From: an uncultured Bacillota bacterium
GTDB taxonomy: Bacteria; Bacillota; Clostridia; Christensenellales; UBA1242
Assembly (NCBI GenBank): GCA_900551705.1
Contig: URWY01000001.1
Span: 22,273-86,272 of the forward strand
Length of the DNA: 64,000 nt
Direction: 5' to 3'
Every line of letters begins with the position of its first letter. The first letter of the stretch is position 1. Shown piece by piece: positions 25,870 to 35,297 of this stretch. A program made the translations under genes and the position numbers. The notes beneath the pieces were generated by a model. The model ran no database searches. It was not told the DNA's origin and saw nothing but the letters and a program-made list of their open reading frames with translations.

Positions 25870-26937
25870 ATGAACTCAGACAATAACTGTGATATTCAGA
25901 GATTGCGAGAACTTTTTACAAATAAGAAAAATATTGCGATAATCGGGCATGTAAATCCTGATGCAGACGCTCTAAGTTCACTTGTAATACTTAAATATCA
26001 ACTAGAAAATTACTTTAATGACGAGAAAAATCCAAAGCAAATCGACATTTATGCAGATGTTCTGGAAATTGACGAACTATACGCACCAATGTTGAAAAAA
26101 TACAATTTAAATGGTCAAAAAGTGCTTGGCAGATACGATTTAGCCATTGGCGTTGACTGCACAGATCAAACCAGATTTGGTAGTTTTAGACATATTTTTG
26201 ACACTGCTTATGAAACTTTGAATATTGACCATCATGAAACGAACGCTTATTTTGCGGACAACAACTTTGTTTATAAAACAAGTTCGACTGCGGAATTGTT
26301 GTTTTTGATAATGACAAAGATGAAAGTCGAAATTAATGAACCTATCGGGAAACTTGTTTATGCTGGCATAATTACAGACACAAACAACTTGTCAAATGGC
26401 TCAATAAGCGACAAAACTTATTCAATAATCAACTATTTTTTAAGAAAGGGCTATGATATTAGCAAAGTTAAAGAGCATTTTTTCAAAAATAACTCTGTTT
26501 CGAAGATAAAATTGCTAGAAAAAGCAATTCACTCTTTAAATTTTGCTTGTAACGGCAAATTAGCGATTATGAAATTGAATAAAGTCGATTATAACGAATG
26601 TGAAGCCAACCCTGAAACGGACACTCTCGGAATTGTTGACCACGCTATCGGACTAAAAGATGTTAAAATCGCCATGATGATTATGAAACAAGAAGACAAC
26701 TCTTATCGCATCAGTTTGAGAAGCAAACAGGGCATAAATGTTGGAGAAATTGCAGCGAAATTTGGTGGCGGTGGCCACGAAACTATGGCTGCGTTTTCGG
26801 CGCTTAATATCTCCGATTTTAAAGACGACTTTTTAAAAATCTGCAACAAAGAATTTGGAAATGCTGAAAAAGACAATTCTGCTGACAACTTATTTTTTGA
26901 TGATAATCAAGAAAATAAATTTAATTTTGATTTTTAA
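25870..26937 (+). CDS. nrnA: DHH/DHHA1 phosphoesterase (NrnA-type oligoribonuclease/pAp phosphatase)
   Basis: 'GHVNPDADALSS', 'NIDHHETN', 'GGGHETMAAF'. Confidence 0.75.
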   Translation: MNSDNNCDIQRLRELFTNKKNIAIIGHVNPDADALSSLVILKYQLENYFNDEKNPKQIDIYADVLEIDELYAPMLKKYNLNGQKVLGRYDLAIGVDCTDQTRFGSFRHIFDTAYETLNIDHHETNAYFADNNFVYKTSSTAELLFLIMTKMKVEINEPIGKLVYAGIITDTNNLSNGSISDKTYSIINYFLRKGYDISKVKEHFFKNNSVSKIKLLEKAIHSLNFACNGKLAIMKLNKVDYNECEANPETDTLGIVDHAIGLKDVKIAMMIMKQEDNSYRISLRSKQGINVGEIAAKFGGGGHETMAAFSALNISDFKDDFLKICNKEFGNAEKDNSADNLFFDDNQENKFNFDF

Positions 26938-27008
26938 TTTTAAAATCTTTTCGTTTTGTTTGAAAACGAGAAGATTTTTATTATAATAATGTATTCAAAG
27001 GAAGAAAT

Positions 27009-28544
27009 ATGTTATCAAAAGTAAACGCATTTGGATTAAACGGCATTGAAGGTTATCTTGTTTCCACTGAGGTGGATATAACAAACGGTTTGCCAGGGTT
27101 TGATATTGTCGGACTTGGCGACACATCAGTTAAAGAAAGTAAAGAAAGGGTTAAGTCAGCAATTAAAAACTCGGGATTAAAATATCCTATGAGCAAAATT
27201 GTTGTCAATCTTGCTCCTGCAGATATTAAAAAAGAAGGGCCAATTTACGATTTAGCAATCGCAGTTGGAATTTTATTTGCAACAGGACAAATTGATATTG
27301 CAAAAAAAGACAACACAGTGTTTATTGGCGAACTTTCGCTTGACGGAAGTATTAGGCAAGTAAACGGAGTTTTACCTATTTTGATTGCTGCAAGAAATTT
27401 AGGTTTTACAAAATTTGTAATTCCGTATGATAACCAAATTGAAGCAAGTTATATTGAAGGAATTGAAGTTTATTGCTTAAAATCGCTTTCTGAAGTGGCA
27501 AATTTTGTTGAGAATCCAACAAGTTTTCAAAAAGTTAAATTCAATGATTATTCGCACGAAAGACAAAATGAAAATAAGCACTTAGATTTTTGTTTTGTTA
27601 AAGGGCAAGCAAGTGCCAAAAGGGCGCTTGAAATTGCTGCCGCTGGCGGGCACAATGTTTTAATGATTGGGCCACCAGGAAGCGGGAAAACAATGCTTGC
27701 AAAATGTTTGCCAACAATTTTGCCAGACTTAACATTTGATGAAGCATTAGAAACAACAAAAATACATAGCGTTGCAGGGCAGTTAGATAGCAAAGTTGGA
27801 ATTTTATCTGAAAGACCTTTCAGAAGTCCACATCATACTGCCACAATGGTTAGTTTAACTGGCGGTGGCAAGAACTCAAAGCCTGGAGAAATTAGTTTGG
27901 CTCATAATGGAGTGCTATTTTTAGATGAATTGCCAGAATATTCAAGGCAAACCATTGAAGCGCTTCGTCAACCGCTTGAAGATGGCGTTATAACAGTTGC
28001 ACGCGCTCAACAAACGGTCACCTATCCTGCAAATTTCATGCTTATTGCCAGTATGAATCCTTGTCCATGCGGACATTATGGCTCATCAACGGGCGAATGT
28101 AAATGTTCACAACAACAAATTCATAAATATTTATCAAAATTGTCGGGCCCATTGATGGACAGAATTGATTTGCACATTGAAGTTGACAATGTTACTTATG
28201 ATGAACTAACAAACAAGCAAACTAAAGAAGAAACATCTGCTGAAATCAAAGAAAGAGTTAATTTTGCAAGAGAAAAGCAACTTGAAAGGTTTAAAGGTGA
28301 AAAACAGTATTGCAATGCGCACATGAGTGTAAAAAATTGTAATAAATATTGCAAGTTAGACGAAACAAGCGAACTTATTTTAAAATCAGCATTTGAAAAG
28401 TTAAATTTGAGTGCAAGGGCACATAATAGAATATTGAAAGTTGCACGCACTATTGCAGATCTTGAAGGTAGTGAAAATATTTTACCAGAACATATTGCTG
28501 AAGCAATTCAATATCGTTCACTCGATAAAAAATATTGGTCATAA
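27009..28544 (+). CDS. YifB/ComM-family Mg-chelatase-like AAA+ ATPase
   Basis: Lon-like N-domain, 'GPPGSGKTMLA', 'GVLFLDELPE', Cys cluster 'CPCGHYG...CKC'. Confidence 0.85.
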   Translation: MLSKVNAFGLNGIEGYLVSTEVDITNGLPGFDIVGLGDTSVKESKERVKSAIKNSGLKYPMSKIVVNLAPADIKKEGPIYDLAIAVGILFATGQIDIAKKDNTVFIGELSLDGSIRQVNGVLPILIAARNLGFTKFVIPYDNQIEASYIEGIEVYCLKSLSEVANFVENPTSFQKVKFNDYSHERQNENKHLDFCFVKGQASAKRALEIAAAGGHNVLMIGPPGSGKTMLAKCLPTILPDLTFDEALETTKIHSVAGQLDSKVGILSERPFRSPHHTATMVSLTGGGKNSKPGEISLAHNGVLFLDELPEYSRQTIEALRQPLEDGVITVARAQQTVTYPANFMLIASMNPCPCGHYGSSTGECKCSQQQIHKYLSKLSGPLMDRIDLHIEVDNVTYDELTNKQTKEETSAEIKERVNFAREKQLERFKGEKQYCNAHMSVKNCNKYCKLDETSELILKSAFEKLNLSARAHNRILKVARTIADLEGSENILPEHIAEAIQYRSLDKKYWS

Positions 28545-28557
28545 AAAAGCCGAACAA

Positions 28558-29019
28558 TTAGTTCGGTTTTTTGTCGTCTAAGTTTTGTAAGAAGTTGATT
28601 AAATTTGAAACATCTTCAAATTTGCGATAAACACAAGCAAAGCGAATATATGAAATGTCGTCCAATTCTTTTAGTGCGTCCATAACCATTTCACCAATTT
28701 TCTTTGATGTGATTTCTGGAACTAAATCTGACGAAAGTTCTTTTTCAATATTTGTTACAATCTCGTTGATTTGGTCTATGCTAACAGGGCGTTTTTCGCA
28801 GGCTTTGATTATACCTTTTCTAATTTTTAATTTATCAAAAGGTTGCCTTGAACCATCTCTTTTAACGACCAAGAGTGGGGCGGTTTCGATTGTTTCGTAG
28901 GTTGTGAACCTTTTTCCGCAATTTAAGCATTCTCTTCTTCTTCTGATTGAGTTTAATTCTTCTGTTGAGCGAGAGTCTATAACTTTACTTTCTGTCCAAC
29001 CACAATAAATACACTTCAT
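28558..29019 (-). CDS. nrdR: Transcriptional repressor NrdR
   Basis: 'MKCIYCGWTESKVIDSRS...CLNCGKRFTTYE' zinc ribbon plus ATP-cone. True start ATG 29019 with an AGGAG SD. The track's longer ORF (to 29109) is an upstream extension. Confidence 0.9.
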   Translation of the reverse strand: MKCIYCGWTESKVIDSRSTEELNSIRRRRECLNCGKRFTTYETIETAPLLVVKRDGSRQPFDKLKIRKGIIKACEKRPVSIDQINEIVTNIEKELSSDLVPEITSKKIGEMVMDALKELDDISYIRFACVYRKFEDVSNLINFLQNLDDKKPN

Positions 29020-29139
29020 AACTTCTCCTAAATAATTCAAAGGTATGATAACACAAAAAAATTTTTTATGAAAGTGTTTAAGAGAATATTTTATGTGATT
29101 TTCTGACATTTTGTTACAAATAAACGCATAGATTATGTT

Positions 29140-29364
29140 GTGGTCAATTTGTGTGATGTTGAAATAAACAAAGAATATAAAATTGTTGAGTTTGCGGAAG
29201 GACCTTTTCCTATTAGACGCAGACTTTATGAACTAGGTTTTATGTGTGGTAGGAAAATCAAGGTTGTTAAAAAATCTTTGATAAAAAAAACCATTTTGGT
29301 TGAAATAGAAAACTATCTTTTATCGTTGCGTTGCACTGTTGCACAAATTATTTTGGTGGAGTAA
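29140..29364 (+). CDS. feoA: FeoA-family iron transport protein
   Basis: About 74 aa, 'YKIVEF...IRRRLYELGFMCGRKIKVV'. Directly upstream of feoB. Start is GTG 29140 or TTG 29149. Confidence 0.75.
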   Translation: MVNLCDVEINKEYKIVEFAEGPFPIRRRLYELGFMCGRKIKVVKKSLIKKTILVEIENYLLSLRCTVAQIILVE

Positions 29365-29366
29365 CA

Positions 29367-31505
29367 ATGGAACAATTTCTTCTTGTTGGAAATCCAAACA
29401 CTGGGAAAACAACTTTATTTAACGCACTTACAAAATCAAACGAGCATGTTGGAAACTGGCACGGCGTGACAGTTAGTGAAAAAGTCAAGGAATGTAAACT
29501 TGAAAATAAAAAAATTTTAATTGCAGACCTTCCTGGGCTTTATTCTTTAACGCCACTTAGTTTTGAAGAAGAAGTTGCTGCCGATTTTATTTATGAACAT
29601 GATGATAAGATTATCAACATTTGCGATATAAACAATTTGAAAAGAAATCTTTATCTAACTTTACAACTTTTAGAAGCGGATAAACAAGTTATTTTGTTTG
29701 TTAATACAATGAAAAAAAAGGTGTCTAAAAATCTTATAAATTCAACAGAAAAAATATTAAATAAATTAAAAATAGATTATTTTATTGGAAATCCGAATAA
29801 TAAAAAAGATATTAAATTATTTAAAAATAAATTAAGCGAAAAAATAGATAAAATAAAATTAAATTATATTAATAAAATAGGTTTAGAAAATAATAAAAAA
29901 ATAATAAATAAATTAGATATTAATAACCTACAGAAAGCTGAATATGCCTTGTTTAGGGCATTGGAAGGCGATAAATTATTTTTTGAAAGATATTATTCCA
30001 ATAAATTAAATAATGAAGAAATTAATGAAATAAATAATATAAATAATTTAGAAAATATTGTTAAAATTAGGCAAGAATACATTGATAATCTTTATAAAAA
30101 TATAACAGAAAATAATCAGGTTTATGGTTATTCAAAATTAGACAAAATATTATTAAATAAATATTTATGTTTGCCAATATTTTTCGGTATATTATTTTTA
30201 ATTTTCTATTTAACATTTTTTTCAATAGGTGCATTTTTTTCCGATCTTCTAAGAACATTCATTCAAGATGTTGTTGGTGCAAATTTAGTTAGTTGGCTCA
30301 AAACTTTTGTGACTGTTCAATGGGTTGTAGACTTGGTTGAAGTTGGAATAATCGGTGGAGTTGGTTCGCTGTTATCTTTCTTGCCACAAATTATTCTTCT
30401 ATTTTTCTTCTTATCGTTAATTGAAGATAGCGGTTATCTATCTCGCGTTGCATTTATGTTTGAAGACCTTTTTGCAAAAGTTGGTTTGTCAGGCAAAAGT
30501 GTTTACACGCTATTGATGGGATTTGGCTGCTCAACGACTGCTGCACTTACAGCAAGAAATATGGAAGATAAAAATGCAAAAATCAAAACGGCGCTTTTAA
30601 CTCCTTATATGAGTTGCTCTGCAAAATTGCCAATTTATGCTGTGATTGGCGGAGCTTTCTTTATAAAAACAAATGTCCTTGTAATTTTTGCATTATATCT
30701 ACTTGGTGTTATTGTTGCACTAACATTAAGTTCAATTTTTGAAAGGACTTCACTTAAAAGCAAAGAACAATCGTTTATTTTGGAATTTCCTGAATATAGA
30801 TTGCCATCATTTAAACGAGTGCTTTTGATTTTGTGGGACAATGTTAAACTGTTCCTTGTGAGGGTTGGCACTCTACTTGTGTCGATTAATATTATTGTTT
30901 GGGTTCTTCAAGGATTTAGTTTTAAGTTTGAATATGTCAGTTGTGTGCCTGGGGCAAGAAGTATATTAGAAGTGTTGGGCGGAATTTTAGCACCTTTGTT
31001 TATACCGCTTGGTTTTGGTAATTGGGGTGCAGTGTCAGCATTAATTGCAGGATTAATTGCAAAAGAAGTTGTTGTGTCGTCAATAGCGATGTTCAATGGC
31101 GTTGATGTAAATGGTGCGGACATGAAAGCGCAAACAATAAAAACAATCGCAACTGCTGGTTCTGTTGTATGCTTCACGCAGGCAAGTGCGTTGTCGTTTA
31201 TGGTTTTCTGCCTTTTATATTCGCCATGCTTGGCTACAATTTCGGTGTTTAGAAAAGAAATTGGTAAGAAATGGACTTGGCTTTCAATATTAATTCAATT
31301 TGCTGTCGCTTATGTTATTTCCTTAGTAGTTTATCAATCTGCAAATTTATTTGAAAATCATGGAATTTTAACAAGTTTAATCACCATATTTGCAGTTTGT
31401 TTAATAGTCTTTTGCACTTGCTTTGTTGTTAAAAAAATCAAAAAGAAAAAATTATGTGCTAAATGTGGTGATTGCAAAGGCTGTGGCGGTTGTAATTTAA
31501 AATAA
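29367..31505 (+). CDS. feoB: Ferrous iron transporter FeoB
   Basis: 'LVGNPNTGKTTLFNALT' G-domain, followed by polytopic membrane domains ('GFGCSTTA', gate motifs). Start taken at ATG 29367 (MEQFLLVG). Confidence 0.9.
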   Translation: MEQFLLVGNPNTGKTTLFNALTKSNEHVGNWHGVTVSEKVKECKLENKKILIADLPGLYSLTPLSFEEEVAADFIYEHDDKIINICDINNLKRNLYLTLQLLEADKQVILFVNTMKKKVSKNLINSTEKILNKLKIDYFIGNPNNKKDIKLFKNKLSEKIDKIKLNYINKIGLENNKKIINKLDINNLQKAEYALFRALEGDKLFFERYYSNKLNNEEINEINNINNLENIVKIRQEYIDNLYKNITENNQVYGYSKLDKILLNKYLCLPIFFGILFLIFYLTFFSIGAFFSDLLRTFIQDVVGANLVSWLKTFVTVQWVVDLVEVGIIGGVGSLLSFLPQIILLFFFLSLIEDSGYLSRVAFMFEDLFAKVGLSGKSVYTLLMGFGCSTTAALTARNMEDKNAKIKTALLTPYMSCSAKLPIYAVIGGAFFIKTNVLVIFALYLLGVIVALTLSSIFERTSLKSKEQSFILEFPEYRLPSFKRVLLILWDNVKLFLVRVGTLLVSINIIVWVLQGFSFKFEYVSCVPGARSILEVLGGILAPLFIPLGFGNWGAVSALIAGLIAKEVVVSSIAMFNGVDVNGADMKAQTIKTIATAGSVVCFTQASALSFMVFCLLYSPCLATISVFRKEIGKKWTWLSILIQFAVAYVISLVVYQSANLFENHGILTSLITIFAVCLIVFCTCFVVKKIKKKKLCAKCGDCKGCGGCNLK

Positions 31506-31554
31506 ATTAAATATTTTTCTTGATATTTTTCACATTCTGTGGTAATGTAAAAGC

Positions 31555-32877
31555 ATGAAAAAACCTTTAGTCGCTATTGTGGGAAGACCAAACACAGGTA
31601 AAAGCACATTCTTTAACAAAATTTGTGGAAAAAGAATTTCAATCGTGGACGATTTGCCTGGAGTAACAAGAGATAGAATATATGCCGATGCAGAATGGTG
31701 CGGGCATGCTTTTACTATGGTCGACACTGGCGGCCTTGATGTTAAAAGTGACGACACTTTCCAAAAATCAATTAAAACACAAGCACAAATCGCTATTGAC
31801 TTGGCGGAAGTCATAGTTTTTATAGTTGATGGTATGGCAGGGCTTGTTCCTGCGGACTACGAAGTTGCAGAACTTTTAAGAAAAACAAAAAAACCAGTTG
31901 TTTTGGTTGTTAATAAATTGGATAAGTTTGAAGTTGAAAAAACTTATGATTTCTATCAACTTGGTTTGGGAGAGCCTTATCCTATTTCATGTGCACAAAG
32001 CAAAGGTCTTGGCGAAGTTTTGGACGCAATAGTAAATAGTTTTTCGTTCAAAGTTGAAGCAGATGCTGTTGACGAGGCTATCAAAATTGCTGTTGTGGGC
32101 AGGCCAAATGCTGGTAAATCTTCAATCGTTAATAGAATTCTTGGGGAAGACAGAGTTTTGGTGTCAAATGTCGCTGGAACAACTCGTGATGCTATTGACA
32201 CAGATTTCAAATACAATGGCAAAAAATATACAATTATAGATACAGCAGGAATGAGAAGACAACGCAGTGTTTTAAAAGAAAGCGTGGAAGGTTATTCTGT
32301 TATTCGTGCTATGGAAGCGATTAAAAGAGCCGATGTCGTGCTTATTGTTTTTGATGCAAGCGAAGAAATTTCTGAGCAAGATGTTCGTATCGCTGGTTAT
32401 GTTCATGAAGAAAACAAACCAAGCATTGTTGTTATGAACAAGTGGGATTTGGTTGAAAAAGATGGCAACACAATCAATAATTATCAAAAAATGCTTGAAG
32501 ATAAATTGTCGTTTATGAGTTATTTTAAACCTTTATATTTGTCTGCATTGACAGGCAAAAGGCTTGAAAAAATTATGCCAACAGTCAACGAAGTTTATGA
32601 AAACAGCACAAGAAGAATAACAACTGGCACGCTTAATGAAATAATTCAAAAGGCTATTTTGTCGCAAGAACCGCCAATAAAGAAAGGTAAAAAACTTAAA
32701 ATAATGTATGCAACGCAAGCGGAAACAAATCCACCAACATTCGTGATTTTTGTTAATGATGCTACGCTTGTGCATTTCTCTTATGAAAGATTTTTAGAAA
32801 ACAGGTTGCGTGATGCTGTAAATTTTGAAGGAACGCCAATCAAACTTGTTTTCAAAAATAGAAAGGAGGAAAAATAA
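31555..32877 (+). CDS. der: Ribosome-associated GTPase Der (EngA)
   Basis: Tandem G-domains 'GRPNTGKST' and 'GRPNAGKSS', each with 'NKxD', plus a KH-like C-terminus. Confidence 0.9.
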   Translation: MKKPLVAIVGRPNTGKSTFFNKICGKRISIVDDLPGVTRDRIYADAEWCGHAFTMVDTGGLDVKSDDTFQKSIKTQAQIAIDLAEVIVFIVDGMAGLVPADYEVAELLRKTKKPVVLVVNKLDKFEVEKTYDFYQLGLGEPYPISCAQSKGLGEVLDAIVNSFSFKVEADAVDEAIKIAVVGRPNAGKSSIVNRILGEDRVLVSNVAGTTRDAIDTDFKYNGKKYTIIDTAGMRRQRSVLKESVEGYSVIRAMEAIKRADVVLIVFDASEEISEQDVRIAGYVHEENKPSIVVMNKWDLVEKDGNTINNYQKMLEDKLSFMSYFKPLYLSALTGKRLEKIMPTVNEVYENSTRRITTGTLNEIIQKAILSQEPPIKKGKKLKIMYATQAETNPPTFVIFVNDATLVHFSYERFLENRLRDAVNFEGTPIKLVFKNRKEEK

Positions 32878-33617
32878 TGGAATGGTGGAAATTTGTCATC
32901 GTCATTGTTGTTTCCTATCTTATTGGGAATATAAGTTTTGCAAGGATTTTGTCTAAACATAAAAAGAAAGATATAACAAAGCAGGGTAGTGGTAACCCTG
33001 GAACAATGAACATGCTTAGAACATTTGGTTTTGGCATGGGGCTTTTAACTTTGCTTTTGGACGCTTCAAAAGGCGTTTTGGCGGCATTGCTTGGTCTTCT
33101 GCTTTTTGGCGGCGCTGGTTGCCCTGTAACATTTATGGGTTTGCAAGCATCTCCAACTGCAATGATGGGAATGTATATTGGCGGTTTAAGCGTTGTTTTA
33201 GGGCATAATTTTCCAATATTTTATGGCTTTAAAGGCGGTAAAGGTGTTGCCTGTATTTTTGGCGTATATTTAGTTGCATCGCCTATATGCGTAGCAATTT
33301 GCTTCGTTTTTGCATTTATATACTTGTATGTTTTTGATTACGCTGCCGTTGCTTCTTTCATATTCTTAACTGTTTTAACTTTCCTTGAAGCGCAAAAAGT
33401 TAAAGGTAACTTGGTTGTTACTTTATTGTTATTCTGCTTGTATTTCATGACAGTATACGCTCATAGAGCAAATTTCCGCAGATTGTTAGTCGGTAAAGAA
33501 AATAAAGCAAATTTGCGTAAATCATTGAAGAAAATTTATACCAAGAAAGAGATTAAAGCCGAACAAAAAGAAATTAAAACAGAAATCAAAAACGACAAAC
33601 ACGAGGAAATAGGTTAA
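32877..33617 (+). CDS. plsY: Glycerol-3-phosphate acyltransferase PlsY (with K/E-rich C-terminal extension)
   Basis: 'GSGNPGTMN' and 'GHNFPIFYGFKGGKGVA'. TAATG overlap with der. Confidence 0.85.
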   Translation: MEWWKFVIVIVVSYLIGNISFARILSKHKKKDITKQGSGNPGTMNMLRTFGFGMGLLTLLLDASKGVLAALLGLLLFGGAGCPVTFMGLQASPTAMMGMYIGGLSVVLGHNFPIFYGFKGGKGVACIFGVYLVASPICVAICFVFAFIYLYVFDYAAVASFIFLTVLTFLEAQKVKGNLVVTLLLFCLYFMTVYAHRANFRRLLVGKENKANLRKSLKKIYTKKEIKAEQKEIKTEIKNDKHEEIG

Positions 33618-34174
33618 TGGTTGAATTTATAGTTTCTCAGTGTTTTTTTGCCTTGGGGTATATTTTTTCATTTTTATATATCTTCTTCAATGTTAGCAGA
33701 AAAACAATTCTTTATTGTGGAATAATTTTTAACCTAGCGAGCGCAATAGGCTTTCTTTTGTTGTATGCTTGGACAGGCGCGATAATGAATGTGTTGGGAG
33801 CGCTTTTAAATTTCATATACATATTTAAAAACAAAAATAAATTTTTCAGTTCGCCAGCAATTCCGGTTATTTTTGAAATTTTGTTTTTAGTTGGTGGAAT
33901 ATTAACTTGGCAAGGCTGGTTATCAATTTTGCCAATCGTTGCAAATGTGATTTATGGAATTTCGCTGTGGTTTGACAAAGAATACGCAATCAAACTTTTA
34001 AATTTGATAGTTAACATTATTTATATTGTATATCATGGATTTTTGCTTTCCTATGTTGCAATAATCGGTACGGGAATATCAATAGTTTTAGGTATTGCAT
34101 ACTTAATTTGGGGAGAAAAATATACCAAATTTATAAAAAATATATTTAGTAAAAAAAATGAGAAAAATTGTTGA
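33617..34174 (+). CDS. Polytopic membrane protein (YgjV-like, tentative)
   Basis: 185 aa with about 6 hydrophobic helices. TAATG overlap with plsY. Confidence 0.5.
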   Translation: MVEFIVSQCFFALGYIFSFLYIFFNVSRKTILYCGIIFNLASAIGFLLLYAWTGAIMNVLGALLNFIYIFKNKNKFFSSPAIPVIFEILFLVGGILTWQGWLSILPIVANVIYGISLWFDKEYAIKLLNLIVNIIYIVYHGFLLSYVAIIGTGISIVLGIAYLIWGEKYTKFIKNIFSKKNEKNC

Positions 34175-34199
34175 CAAGCATATATTTTTATGGTATTAT
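34171..34199 (+). promoter_or_regulatory. SigA-type promoter for the tRNA-Ala/tRNA-Ile pair
   Basis: TTGACA (34171-34176), 17 nt, TATTAT (34194-34199), 18 nt upstream of tRNA-Ala. Confidence 0.6.
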
Positions 34200-34217
34200 G
34201 TTCAAGCATTTGATCGT

Positions 34218-34294
34218 GGGGGTATAGCTCAGCTGGCTAGAGCACCTGCCCTGCAAGCAGGGGGTCATCGGTTCGAATCCGATTATCTCCACCA
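34218..34294 (+). tRNA. tRNA-Ala (anticodon UGC), encoded CCA
   Basis: GGGGGTA/TATCTCC acceptor with G3:U70. Anticodon loop CCUGCAA. T-loop GGTTCGAATCC. Confidence 0.9.
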
Positions 34295-34297
34295 CGA

Positions 34298-34374
34298 TGG
34301 AATGTAGCTCAGCCGGTTAGAGCACCACCCTGATAAGGTGGGGGTCGGTGGTTCGAGTCCACTCATTCCAACCA
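34298..34374 (+). tRNA. tRNA-Ile (anticodon GAU), encoded CCA
   Basis: TGGAATG/CATTCCA acceptor (U1:A72). Anticodon loop CUGAUAA. T-loop GGTTCGAGTCC. Confidence 0.85.
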
Positions 34375-34380
34375 ATTAAA

Positions 34381-34405
34381 GTGAGGTTATCCTCACTTTT
34401 TTTGT
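34381..34405 (+). terminator. Terminator after the tRNA pair
   Basis: gtgagg-ttat-cctcac followed by ttttttt. Confidence 0.7.
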
Positions 34406-34694
34406 TGCAATAAAACCACCACCTTGTGTTGCAAAGCAACACGCAAAGTTTCGAACTTTGCATCAGGGTGGTCCACCATGTAGCCGAGCGAAGCGAGCGC
34501 CGATTCTTTTTGACGGGTTATAAAAAGTATGGTCAAATAATGGCTTTTAATTGATATATTTAACATTTCTACATTCATAAAATAAAACTATATAATAAAT
34601 TTTGCATTGTAAAAAAAGGAAGAATATGAAAATGAATCAAACAAAATAATTGCTGAAAATGGATTTGATTTATAAAAAATAACTCTCAGTTTTT

Positions 34695-35207
34695 CTAAGA
34701 GTTCTTTTTTTCTAATTCTAAAAGTTTTTCTTTGTTATTAATTCCGCCGCCATAGCCGATAAGGTTGCCGTTTGAACCGATAACTCTGTGACAAGGAACA
34801 ATTATACAAATGGGATTTGCTCCGACCGCGCCGCCAACTGCTTGTGCGGACATCTTTTTGATATTTTCTTGCGCGGCAATTTCTTTTGCGATCTCGTTAT
34901 ATGTCACCAACTCACCATAACCAATTTTTTCTAAAATTTTAATGACCTTTTTTCTAAATGTCGTTAGATTTTCAATTTTGTATTTTGGTGTGGAATTAGG
35001 TATTTGACCTGCGAAGTATTCATCAAGCCATTTTCGAGTTTCATTAAAAATTGGAAGGTTAGTTTCTTCCGCTTCAATGTTTTTATCTTCTTTTGAATTT
35101 TTAAATAACAAACCTGTTAAAAATGTTCCGTCACTATGTAGTATAATGTCGTCAAATCCATTAGGCGTTTTATAATTTTGTTTATATATCATAATAAAAT
35201 TATACAA
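34695..35207 (-). CDS. ogt: Methylated-DNA--protein-cysteine methyltransferase (Ogt/MGMT)
   Basis: Active site 'IVPCHRVIGSNGNLIGYGGG'. Confidence 0.85.
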   Translation of the reverse strand: MYNFIMIYKQNYKTPNGFDDIILHSDGTFLTGLLFKNSKEDKNIEAEETNLPIFNETRKWLDEYFAGQIPNSTPKYKIENLTTFRKKVIKILEKIGYGELVTYNEIAKEIAAQENIKKMSAQAVGGAVGANPICIIVPCHRVIGSNGNLIGYGGGINNKEKLLELEKKNS

Positions 35208-35297
35208 TTAACCATAGAAAACTCAAAATTTTATATACAATTTTTAAAAAATGTGTTATTATCTTAACTGATTGTAATTAATAAAAGGAAAAAAGAA

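Noticed and set aside
28558-29109. N-terminally extended ORF-track models (nrdR to 29109, spo0A to 54897, tilS from 55024, plsX from 46568, feoB from 29331, 36644..37621, 41118..43181, 52616..53323, yabP from 60568)
   Set aside because: In each case an internal ATG preceded by a GGAG-type SD coincides with the conserved family N-terminus. The extensions consist of AT-rich intergenic-like sequence.
29020-29139. Possible Fur box in the nrdR-feoA divergent region ('tgataacac')
   Set aside because: Only a half-site-like fragment is present. No 19-bp palindrome resembling GATAATGATAATCATTATC could be found.
29700-30130. Periodic A-rich DNA that could be mistaken for a tandem repeat or CRISPR-like array (similar DNA at 41400-42000)
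   Set aside because: There are no exact repeat units or spacers. Both stretches lie inside long ORFs and encode N/K- or K/E-rich low-complexity protein. No CRISPR array was found anywhere in the window.
34460-34480. 'AGGGTGGTCCACC' resembling the T-box consensus (AGGGTGGTACCGCG)
   Set aside because: Only about 9 nt match. There is no specifier-loop architecture, antiterminator or terminator, and no downstream same-strand gene (ogt is on the opposite strand, and proS is 800 nt away with only a short leader).
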